Source: Clostridia bacterium (lineage in GTDB: Bacteria; Bacillota; Clostridia; Oscillospirales; CAG-272). From it: a stretch of 64,000 nt of DNA. This document shows, piece by piece, positions 26,241 through 36,900 of the stretch. Each line of letters opens with the position of its first letter. The stretch's first letter is position 1. The translations under genes were made by a program, and so were the position numbers. The DNA lies in the NCBI GenBank assembly GCA_017455185.1, contig JAFTBN010000075.1:11545-75544 (forward strand), read 5' to 3'. The notes under the pieces are model-generated. The model saw only the letters and a list, made by a program, of their open reading frames with translations. It did not search any database and had not been told where the DNA came from.

Positions 26241-26621
26241 TTACTCAAACTTGACAAGCGCGAGCTTGTCAGCCACAACGGACAGCAAGGTCGCAACGCC
26301 ATCGGATGTGGTGGCGGTTATGGCGTCGCCGGTAGCGGTCAGGGTCACCTTGGTGCCGACCACGGCGGAAGCCAGCGAAACAGACGCGTCTGCTTCATAG
26401 ATTTGCTCCGGGGTTACCGGGATAACCGGAACGGATTCAGCATTGGCGGCAGCTGCGGCCAATGCAACGAACGTGGGTTTGGTGGTTGCACCGCATACCA
26501 CCAGATTGCCGGAAGACAGTTTCAAGCCTTCACCCTGCGTGATGGCAGCAGCGCCGGCAGGATAATATTCAGGCTCGCCTACGTTGATCCTTCCGTTTTC
26601 AACTTTGGTCAGTTTGAACAT
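26241..26621 (-). CDS. Small Ala/Gly/Val-rich head protein (DUF2190 / decoration-like)
   Basis: 126 aa between scaffold and capsid. ITQGEGLKLSSGNLVVCGA...FVALAAAAANAESVPVIPV resembles DUF2190-type head proteins. Confidence 0.4.
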   Translation of the reverse strand: MFKLTKVENGRINVGEPEYYPAGAAAITQGEGLKLSSGNLVVCGATTKPTFVALAAAAANAESVPVIPVTPEQIYEADASVSLASAVVGTKVTLTATGDAITATTSDGVATLLSVVADKLALVKFE

Positions 26622-26642
26622 AGTCTTTCTCCTTATCAGATT

Positions 26643-27440
26643 TTATAGTGTGTCCCGGAACAGGCGTACGATTTCTTTGTCGCTCTTTCCAGGGAACATA
26701 TCTCTCCACGCGGCAAGTTCTGCCCGTGTCATCTTGGCTCCTGTGTCCTTTGAGCCTTTGGGAACGGCGGATTTCAGATGCGCTTTGCTCTCTTCCAGCG
26801 TTTTCTTCTTCGCAGATTCCGCGGCCTGTGTACGAATCCGGTCCGGGTTCGCCGCAACATATGCCTCTTTTGCGGTCAGGCCTTTGTCTCTCAGTTCCCC
26901 GAACCGCTTGAAATTCGGGATATCCTGTATGACCTTCACGTCGTCAAGACCGGCAAATGCCGCTTTGATCTCGGCCAGATCTCGGGCCGCCATCTGCTGA
27001 AACCGTTGCGCTTTCACGATTCGCAATGCTTCTTCCGATTCCTGTTCCGAAGCGCGTTTGCGCAGGTAATCGTCCACCGAGAGACCTTCCTCGTCTGCGG
27101 CCAGCTTCGCAAGGCCTCTCTTCGCGTCCGTTTCCTTTACGCCAAGGCGCTTCAACGTATCCTGAACCTGGGCCTGGAGATCTCTGTACTGCTTTTCCAG
27201 CGTTGCAAATTTCTCGTCCGGCTCGGATTCTTCGCTCGCTTCGCTCTTGTTGGCAGAGCTTTCGTCGGATTCGTCTTCTTCCTCGTCATCGGGAATAATG
27301 ACGTTTCCGTCGTCGTCAAATTCAATGTCCCCGTCGTCTTCTTCTTCGGTAGAGACTTCCTCTTCCTCGGTTTCCTCTTCGGGCTCTTCGGCCTGTTCTT
27401 CCTCGACGTCTACATCAAACAGTTCTTTCTCGTTTGGCAT
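26643..27440 (-). CDS. Scaffolding protein
   Basis: Very acidic N-terminus (E/D runs), long coiled-coil middle, basic C-terminus, directly upstream of the capsid genes. ATG at 27440 lies 9 nt after AAGGAG. Confidence 0.7.
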   Translation of the reverse strand: MPNEKELFDVDVEEEQAEEPEEETEEEEVSTEEEDDGDIEFDDDGNVIIPDDEEEDESDESSANKSEASEESEPDEKFATLEKQYRDLQAQVQDTLKRLGVKETDAKRGLAKLAADEEGLSVDDYLRKRASEQESEEALRIVKAQRFQQMAARDLAEIKAAFAGLDDVKVIQDIPNFKRFGELRDKGLTAKEAYVAANPDRIRTQAAESAKKKTLEESKAHLKSAVPKGSKDTGAKMTRAELAAWRDMFPGKSDKEIVRLFRDTL

Positions 27441-27475
27441 CGTGTGCATCTCCTTTTCGTTTTTTGGTGGTCGCC

Positions 27476-27607
27476 TTATTTACCGGTTCTCAAATCGTTC
27501 CCACGTTTGACATCGGCCTTCGGCTGCTCTGTGGTTCTCGGAGCCTTAATGATTCCGCCGGCGTTCGTCTGAAAGCGCTGTCCGCTCTTGCTTACGTTCT
27601 TGCTCAT
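27476..27607 (-). CDS. Small basic protein (43 aa, below the track cutoff)
   Basis: ATG at 27607 follows AAGGAGGTAAGAAG. Translates as MSKNVSKSGQRFQTNAGGIIKAPRTTEQPKADVKRGNDLRTGK. Confidence 0.5.
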   Translation of the reverse strand: MSKNVSKSGQRFQTNAGGIIKAPRTTEQPKADVKRGNDLRTGK

Positions 27608-27635
27608 CTTCTTACCTCCTTGTTCCTAATAAAAT

Positions 27636-27670
27636 AGAGCCACTACTCCCGTTTCCGGTTTTGTGGCTCT
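27636..27670 (-). terminator. Hairpin followed by a U-rich run (partial terminator or processing site)
   Basis: Minus strand reads AGAGCCAC, a 19-nt loop, GTGGCTCT, then AUUUUAUU. It sits between the Zn-ribbon gene and the 43-aa ORF. Confidence 0.4.
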
Positions 27671-27706
27671 TCCTCAATGGGCAAATGGCCTGTGATTCTC
27701 AGATAT

Positions 27707-27883
27707 TCATTTAACGGTTTGCACGGACCATAGTTTGCCGCATCGTTTGCATTTGAAGGTCAGACCCTTGACTTCGGAATCCCGGAGCAGCCCAACAAAC
27801 CGCACCTTTTCTCCGCACCTCGGGCAGGCCAAACGGGTAATGTCTCCCCGTTCTGTTTCTAAAATTCGCAAAGCCATTTTCAT
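27707..27883 (-). CDS. Small zinc-ribbon protein
   Basis: CPRCGEKV...CKRCGKLW. The track start (27931) lies inside the promoter; ATG 27883 or 27877 next to GAGGTG is preferred. Confidence 0.6.
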   Translation of the reverse strand: MKMALRILETERGDITRLACPRCGEKVRFVGLLRDSEVKGLTFKCKRCGKLWSVQTVK

Positions 27884-27895
27884 CACCTCGTCTAT

Positions 27896-27934
27896 ATTAT
27901 AAACTACAAAAAAGCGGTTTTGGTATCCCATTTC
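27896..27934 (-). promoter_or_regulatory. Late promoter copy 3 (head-gene unit)
   Basis: The same 21-nt box (27934-27914), 12 nt, then TATAAT (27901-27896). A ~47-bp stretch is identical to copy 1. Confidence 0.7.
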
Positions 27935-27952
27935 GCGGCTTTTTGAACTTTT

Positions 27953-30900
27953 TTACGATTTTTTTCGCAAAATTCTGTTGCCCTTGACCGTGAATCCGCA
28001 CCGCTCCGCGATGGCTGCTTTCTCTGCCTGCGTGACCGGCAGAGACATGATGTATTTCAGCAGCATGGTCGTCGCGCTTTCCTCGCTGACCGGGAGCCCG
28101 GAGAGCGTGTAACCCTTGACGGCCATCACGTACACCGCCTCCTGTTTGCTCAGTCCGCTGGTGGTCAGATACTTGTACACATTCTTTTTCTTGGTGCCCG
28201 AAATGGCATTGCCCTTCTTGTCCTTGTCCGTCCCGATCTCGTTCAGCCCGGCCAGGACGGTCGCAAACTTTCCGATGTCTTTCCGGAAGAAGGTCAGAAG
28301 CGTGTTGTTGGTGGTCTTTGTCTTCGTCACCTCGTCCTTTGCCATCATAAAATACGCCGTGTTGACCGACTTGATGGCTTTGGCCTGGTCTTCCTCACTC
28401 AGCTTCTTGAATACACGGTCGTTCAGCATGCTCTCGATCACCGGGTTCGCCTTGGAATAGAGATACTTGAACTGCTTCTTCTGGTTGGCCGTGAGCTTGT
28501 AGGATTCTGTCTTCGTCTCTCCGTTCGCGTCCGTGTACGTGTACGACAGCGTGTTTCCGACCGCCTTGGGAAGGACGTCATAGCCCTGCGTGTAGAGATT
28601 CAGCAGGACGTCGCGCGCTTCCTTGCTCATCGTTCCCGTGTTGTCTTTCGTATACAGCTTGAGCAGATACTCGGCCATATCCGTGTTTCCGTGATTCATA
28701 TACTCCGAAAGGTCGGTCCGGTAGTCCGTCGCATAGAAGAACGAGTCCACCGCATAGCCGGCTTCGGGCGCGAACCGCCTCATCATGCCGGTTACCGTGT
28801 TCATGATGTTCCGCACCGGGATTCCGGTCAGCTCTCCGGCCGTGTAGACCGAGCGCCGCAGAACGGATCCGAATTCGTACCGCTCCACCGGCTGGCCGGA
28901 TGCGGCCTTGCCGATCAGCGACACTATGTTCTTGGAATCCATGAGGAAGTCGTTCACGGTATCGTACACAAATCCGGATACGCCGTAGCCCTTGGTGAAG
29001 TAACTGGCGATCTGGTTCATGCCGGGCATCATTCCGATGGTCGTTACGGCAATGTCGGTCAGGTAATCCTCGGCAAAGGAAATCTCGTTCCCTTCCTCGT
29101 CTTCCCTGCGCTTCTTCTTGAACAACCAGGAAATGAATTGCCCGATCATACAGTACATGGCGTTCGCAATCAGGATGGCCGAAATGGCCCTTCCCAGCTT
29201 CTTGGCGGCGTCTGCCTTCGCTTTAGCATTCTTGGTCTGCACCGCATACGAAAGCTCGCCTGCGGCTTCCACAAGCCGGGAATACTGCTTCAGCGGCGCC
29301 GACGTGAACATGGAGAACACCTTGGCCGCTTCGTGCGTGGAGCGCATCATCGCGGACCGTTCCGTGTTGGAATAGTTCGGCTGTGTCTGCCGGATCACCT
29401 GCTCGAGCAGTTTTCCTGCTTCCTTCATGTTTTCTTCGGTTCCGAACACATAGCCCTTCTCTTCCTGCACCTGCGCCTGGCTGGCATTCCACAGGACGCC
29501 GATGGTCAGACGGTCTGTCCATTGAATCGGCTTGGTTGTCGCGTCCCCGATCTTGCCCACTTTGTCAATCACGCCTTCCGCCTTCACCACCACCTGGTCA
29601 TGGTTCCGGGTGAATGCATACGGGCAGTATTTGTCCATTGCCTTGAAATCGATCTTGCGGAAGAATCCGCGAAGCATAGCCTTCGGGCTCAGAACAATGG
29701 CAGCGGTCGGGAAGGATGCGGTCTGCGACAGAATCACCTTCAGGTTGGCGCCCAGCTGATACTTGGCATATCCTCCGCGGAGCGCCCCGAAGAGGTTGAA
29801 ATCCTCGTTCGGCATGACGACGCCCTGGATGTCGGAGAACAGTTTCTGCAGGTAGGCCGAAGCGCCTTTCCAGATGTTTTCGTCCACAAACTTGCGCACC
29901 GTCCGGACGTCGGTCTTTTCCCCGATGTTCTTGTTGTACACCCGGTCGAAGGTCTGCATAGGCTGTGCCAGGTTCGCGTAGACGGACATCTGCTTTGCAT
30001 GCGTCTGCACCATATCGTACACGTTCCCAATGTGCAGCTCGGTAGCCGCCTTCGGCTTCGTATCCTTGTTGAAGGAGAAGTTATTCAGTGCGGCCACATC
30101 CTTCAGGAAGGAGCGCACGTCCATGGTGGACCGTGCGATCGTCGTCCGGTCGCGGACAATCGGGAAATAGAATTCATCCAGAACGTTGGTGTATCCGAGG
30201 AAATTCAGATCGGCTTCGGTCTTCGCGTTTTTGGACTCCACGTTGAAGAAATTCTCCACCAGTTTGATGAATTCCTTGTCTTCCTTGGTCAGGCTCGATT
30301 CAATCGTCTTCCGGAACCATACGGCGTTGTCCTCATAATCCTCGTCCGTCAGGTTGGTCTCCATCGTGCCTTTTACGTGGTGCGTGTTGCCGTCCTTGTC
30401 CTCGTAGGAGAATCCGGAGCAGGCAAGGCCCTTCTGCGCCTGTGCGCGCTTGGTGGTCTCATACAGGGCAATGGCCTGATTCAGCGTCAGGGTCTCGCCA
30501 TGGAAGTCAATGGTCGCGCTTGCAAGCCGCTTCTGATACCCTTTGTTCTTCTTGAAGAATTCCTCGAACGGAAGCATGAACTGCACGCGCTGGTATTCCG
30601 CCGCGGTTTCGCCCTGCAGGATTTCGTTGTACATCCTGGTCAGGAACCCTTTCGGGTCATAACGTTCCAGCATCCGGATGACCACGCGAGGCTCTACCGT
30701 GTAATTGAACCACTTCTGGATAGTTTGCGTGAGCTTGACGAAATGCTTGATCTTCTTGAATTCCTTGGACATCAGGAATTTCATCTCGTCCTCGGCCAGC
30801 TGCCTGGTTGTGTAGCGCTTCCCTTCCAGGAAGGCCGCGTCGTAGTTACGGAACAGCGCTTCCGCGGAACCGAGAATCACCTCCGCCGCCTTCAGCTCCT

Positions 30901-33900
30901 CGTAGGACAGAGGAAGCGGAACGCCGCTTGCGGTTTCCTTTTTGGCGTTTTTGATGACCTCAAACGCGCCCAGCACGTTCGGGTCCAGCTCGCCCTTTCC
31001 GTCCTCGCTCGTCTCTGCCAGCCAGTCCATCAGAGGCTGGTTCTTGGCATTGTAGAACTTTTCATAAGTCAGCAGGATGTTCCGGGAATTGGCCTTACGG
31101 AGATTTCCGCGAAGCACCAGCTTGCCCAATTCCTTTTCCCACTTTTCCAGGATCGGATTGGAAAGAACGGTAGAGGAAACGTATTTCCGGATGGCTCCGT
31201 CCTTCAGTTTCCGCGCCAGGTCAACGACCCGGTTTTCCACCTGGTTCTTCTTGTAGGAATTCTTCAGTTTGTCCAGAAGCTTCTGCTTTTGCTCCTCGAA
31301 TACGCCTTTGAGCGCATCGATCCGCTTTTCATAGCCTTTCCTCTGCTCTCCGAGTTTGCGCTCATACTGACCGCGCACACGTTCGACCGCCTTGCCTTCC
31401 TTGGAGATGGTCCCGAATTCATCGTAGGCGCGAAGCAGGTCTTTGGCAATACCCTGGCGGTAGTCCTTCAGAGCCTGCTCGCTTCCGAATTCGCGGAGCT
31501 TGATCTTCGCCGCCTTTTCATCCAGCATGCTTTTGCAATGGTCATAATGCTGGAGCAGCTGATGAAAGATTTGCTGCGCAGGCGCGTCCACATCCACGTC
31601 TCCCAGGTAGATACCCTGCGACCGCATTTCCATAGCGATGACGTCCGGGTCCATGCCTCGGGTGCCTTTGGGTGCCGCCCACTGCATCCAGATTTCGTTG
31701 GCCTTGTCGTCGAAAACATACTTGGCTTCGCTCTTGATCTGGTCCGTGATATGGATCCCGTGGCGGTATTGATTCATTGCGTCAATGAATTGGGCCGCCA
31801 CAGCGGACGCGTCGGTTCCCACGACGATTTCGTGCATGATCACGTTGTCGATCAGGTAATCCGCGATTCGCAGAGCCGGGTTGAATCTCTCGCCTGCCGG
31901 CGCGCTGTTCAGCATCTCAAAGATCTGGTTGATGGCCTGCTTTCTGCTCTTGCCTATGAGCTTTGGCTTGAAGATGTTGCTGTCCCATTCGTCTTCGAAA
32001 TACGAGCGCTCGCTTTCGGTATACTCGATGTTCTCCATAATCCGGTTGACGATTTCTTCGGCTTCCTTTTTAGTGTAGCGCTTGAATTCGTAGCCGTCAG
32101 AAAGAGAATTTCTGCCTTCCTCGGATGAAGAATTTTCATTTTTTTCTTCAATGGGGGTTGACAAGTCATCGTTCTGTGCTATACTGTTACCAGAATTAGT
32201 GCGTGGCACAGCGATTTTAACCACCGTTGGGTGAGTGTTGTGCTGCGCACTATTTTTGTTCTCCTGTAATGAAAACGTGTATACGTATCCATCTTTGTCA
32301 TTATACTTTTTCTCAACATTTGCCAAAACATCAAAAAGCTTGTTATCTATCCAAACTTGTTTAACAAAGTAATCAAAATAATCTGCAGGTGTATGTTTTT
32401 TGTGGTTTGGAGAACTGCTTTGATACTTGGAATTTTCAATCAGTTCAAAGATATTTCCGTCTGCGCCTACTTTGACCAGCGCTTTTTTTCCTGCCTTTGA
32501 ACTATTATCATCGCCAAATACAGGCTTCCTAATACTGGTTTTATCCATTGTTGCATAATAGGTATGCCCATTTCTAACAAACTTTGCCGTTCTTCCAACA
32601 TAGTCATTTTTTAGATAATCCAAATATTTCGCAATTCTCTGCTTTTGTGGCAAATTTAAGATAGTTTGGCTTGTTTCATAAACCTCAATATCATCCGCAT
32701 CATAGCCAATAAGGCTATACCTTCCCTCTTCATGGAACATAGCCACATCAGACAGCTGCTTTCCATTCGACCGATAGTAATTGCGGATGTCATCCAGCAC
32801 GGAATCGAAGTTCCCGTCATAGCGGTAGTTTGTCCGGCTGTCATCGTCAAACGCAATAGTCAGTTTCCCGGAGATCTGGCTTAAAGCATCGCGGATTGTC
32901 TCCATCTGGTCATCGGTTAAACTATCCACCGCTTCGAAGGAAGGCATGTCTATAATGCTCGGCATATTCTTTGAACCGTTGAAATTTACACGGATATTGC
33001 CCTGGTTAATGTACGCATGCGTTGCGTCAGATCTTTCGGTAAAGCTCGGCTTGTCCTTTACTGCCAAAATGATGCTGTCATGCCACATATCCGGGCGATT
33101 CGGATTCATGCCCTTCGTCATAACAGAAGAAAAATCAAGCATTTTGCCGTCCTTTATAATGTAGGCGGCTTTTTTGATGTCATCTGTTGTGCCGAATTTT
33201 TTTACGGCCAGATCGTCAATATAATCAGGCAAAGAATAGCGAATGTCATCGTTTGCGGATTTTGTGACAACAGCACTGGTTTTACCAAAGAATGTAACGG
33301 CCTCAACGTCATACCCTTCGCCAAGCGCGTCCTTCAGATACGCGACAAGCTCGCTCTTTTTAAAGCCTTTTTGGTAAGAGCCACTACCTGAAATAAACAC
33401 CTCAAGGTTATCCTTATCCAGAATGACTTTGGAAGACGCATTCATTACATCTTCGCCGCGCACATTGACAAAAATTCTTCCACCGGGTGCGAGAAGTTCT
33501 CCCATTCTTGCAACAAGCGAGTCCCGGAGATCCTGTGGAAGAACATTCAATACGGCATTGCTGATTATGACGTCGTACTGGCCGGAGATTTTGGTGTAAT
33601 CTCTGTAATCCGGTTCATGCCTTTCGCCAGGATACGGCTCGACGTCTTCCACATCAAACCCGTATTTGTCTTTCCCAAGCTCGGTTCCATATCCAAGACC
33701 GGAAGATGCGTCAAGGATTTTTCCTTCAAACCCTTCGTCTTTCAAGAACGAGTAAATCTTATCGTACGATGCAACCGTCACCTTTACGGACGTCGGATTC
33801 TTCTCGGAAGATTCATCTGCAGACACATCCCACAGATCCGGATGCTGCTCTTTTACCTCTTCGAATGTCTGGCTTCTCTTCCATCCGCCGGTCGGCACAA

Positions 33901-36900
33901 CAGGATCTACCGGAGCCAAAGAATACCTTCCGTCTTCTGCAACAATAGGAGTCTTTGGCATTTCATCCCGAATATGATTGATTGCGTCCACCATCTCAGC
34001 AAGCATGCCGGTCGAAGAATCATCCGCCAGGTCGGCCGAAAGATTATCCAGCGTTTCCAACTCCTTGCGCATCATCCGCTCAATGTATGTCCCTGTGTCC
34101 ACCTGCTCGACTTGACCATCCTGCCCAATAACCGGAACCGTTTCTGGGATCACCAGCTGCACCTTTTTGTGCGGAGCATAGTGCCCTTCGCTGTCATAGA
34201 GCGAGAAATCGGCAAGCAGTTTGTAATAATTCGGATGGTTTGAGAAAGCCGCGTAAGCAACAGTCCAGCCTTTTTCCGCGAGCTCTGCCTTGTACATATC
34301 TGCGGCAAGCTTGGGGATGTCATCATACTTATAGGTCTTCCCGTTGAATTCGGTTGTTTCCTTTTTGTGTGTCTCCGTGCTTGCATTGTACCCGAATTTC
34401 TTTTCCGCGGAAGCAAGATACTTTCCGAAGGTAATGTGCTTTGTTTCTCCGCTTGCATCTTTCGCCTCGTTTAATCCACGGTAATTCTTCGCAAATCTCG
34501 CGCCCGGATACCGCTTCTCCGGATTCTCCGTATTATCATGGAATCCGATGATCAACTGCACCCGCGGATCATCCAGCAGTTTTTCGATATGCTTATCCGA
34601 GTACCCGATGCAGATGGTCCCCACGCTCTTGGAATACAGTTTGTCCATGGCAATCATGAACGCCTCGTCCGGGTTGATTCCTTCCACCGTATCAAACAGA
34701 AGTTCGCCGTTCTCCCCGAGCCCGGCATTTTCCAACGTCCTGGCATAATCAATCTCCCCGTCCGCCGTGCGGTATACATGCACCTTCGGGATCAGGGATG
34801 CATTGATTTTTGCACCGCTCAGACCGAGGATCTTCAGCTCCGCCGGAACCTTGGTGTAGGCGTGAATGTAGTAACCTTTAGCCGCCGCGTCCGCATACAT
34901 CTGGACCATATCCATAAGCAGATACATCTGCAGGTCACTGTTGGACTGGTTCCGGATACCTCCGGCATTCCGCACGGTTCCGGCTTTGAATCCTTTGGTC
35001 AGAATGTCTCCCAGATAGATTACAGGTCTTTGCTTGCTCTTGTACCCACTGACGCCTCCCTGACGATTGAACAGCGAGTACAGCATAGGATGTACACCGG
35101 CAACGTTCTGTGTCACATAGGACGAATACAGCATGTCGCTGTCAATGTATTTGCGCGATTTCGGCTCAAAGGCAAGCGCTTTCAAAAGGGCCAGATTGGT
35201 CGGAACGTTTCCTTTCAGGGATGCGGAAAAGGCCTGCGGCGTTGCCTCCTTGATCAAAGGACGCACCGTCTTGCTGCTCTTGTTGCTTTTCTCAATCTCC
35301 CGGTTTGTGATTTCCATCAGGGCTTCATAGAATGCATTTGACTGCTCTGCGCTCATCTCTACCGGTTTCAGATTGTATTTGTCGGTAGTGATATCCCGGC
35401 CGAATTTGCCGAACGTCATCTCTACGCCCTTCTCTGCCATCTTCCGGGAAATCTCGTCCAATGTGGAATTCCATCCGATTTTGGCGCCGTCTCCGTTCAG
35501 GAATTTTTTAATGATAGCTCCTTCCCGTTGCCGCGCCTGCTCTACATAGCAAATGGCGCAAGGAATTTCATACCCGTGCGTTTTCAGAATCCTGTACAGT
35601 GCTTCCTTTTCCTGCTTCCCGATGACGTCGGTCTTCATCTGCGTTTTGAGTTCTTTGCGTACGATTGCGTCAATGGCCTCAAACAGCGGAACACCCTTTT
35701 TGCACATGGTGGAAAGCTCGATGTTGTACTTGTATCCGCTTTGTTCCTTAAAGACCGAGAAGTTCCCGTCCCGGCCTTTTTTCTCGTTCCATTCCTTGAG
35801 GAATTTGGAATCCATAATCGCCGTTACATCCCGCCAGATCTTCGTAAACCGATCCAGCGCGGCATTAATGCCTTCCTTGCTCTGCATGGCGGACTTTTCG
35901 TCATAATTCTTGTCGATATCCTGACGATGCTTTTGGTCATATTGAAAATTGTTCCGCCCCGTTTCTCCGTACATCGCTTGTCTGCGATTCAATGCCATCT
36001 CAAAGGCATTGCTTCCCTGATTGTACGCAGACAGCCGCTGGAACGCCTGCTTGAATGCATACGCATAGGCTTCTGCAGCAGTTTTCGCCTGAGTAAAACC
36101 GAGCTTGTTGCCAAGTCTGCGCAAGAATGACAGGATCCTCGACTTCAGCGTCGCATCCTCCTGCAGGATTTCCGTCCATAGATCGTCATTCATCCCGAGT
36201 TCGCCGGCATACGCTGCCTGAATCTCGTCTTGAATGATGGCCTCGAGTTCATCGCCACTCTTTTTTGAGTCTTTATAATAGTCCGTATACAGCTCACGGA
36301 TTGCGTTTACGCGTTCTTCCCCGAGCGCCTTCTCCGCGAGCTCTACCATCATAGACTTGCCTTTGGAGGAAAGATGGTTGTATACCCAGTGCCCCGTTTC
36401 ATGCGCAAGCGTAGTGAGCAATCCTTCAGAAACACTTGCGGAAGGATTAACGTACACCGTATTGTGCATGTTGTACCGCCCGGTCGAAATGATTATGTGG
36501 CCGTCCTTGTCTCTTTTATTTGCCGTCAGAATCTTGCGACTGAATACAATGTTCAAACCGGTTTTAGCCGAAACCTTTGCAAAAATGGCAGTCTTGTCCG
36601 GGCTGACATTGTTTTCCAATGCCTGCATAACGGTCCTACGCACGCTGCGCTTGACCGATTCGCTGAGTTTGTCATAATTCGGAACGTATTCCCTGGCCTT
36701 CTGTTCTGCCTCTTCCCGAACCGTGTTCTGCCTCTGCTCTTCTGCGCGGAGGCTTTCGTTCGTCTTTTCCCGAAGCAGCTGATTGACTTCCTTCGACGTC
36801 ATGACGCGCGTAACGGACCCAGATTCCTTGTTCACGATGCGGTACTGGTTGCCCTGTTTTACGACAATGTACCCGTCCCCGATGTCATAAGCGCCGTCTT

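Noticed and set aside
28691-32128. Very long antisense ORFs opposite the giant gene, portal, tail and GH38 genes (for example 1,145 aa at 28691-32128, 585 aa at 36374-38131, 624 aa at 40625-42499, 922 aa at 52317-55085, 778 aa at 59424-61760)
   Set aside because: Their translations are Arg/Gly/His/Val-rich low-complexity strings with no motifs. They mirror strongly supported genes on the other strand. This is the usual high-GC antisense open-frame artefact.
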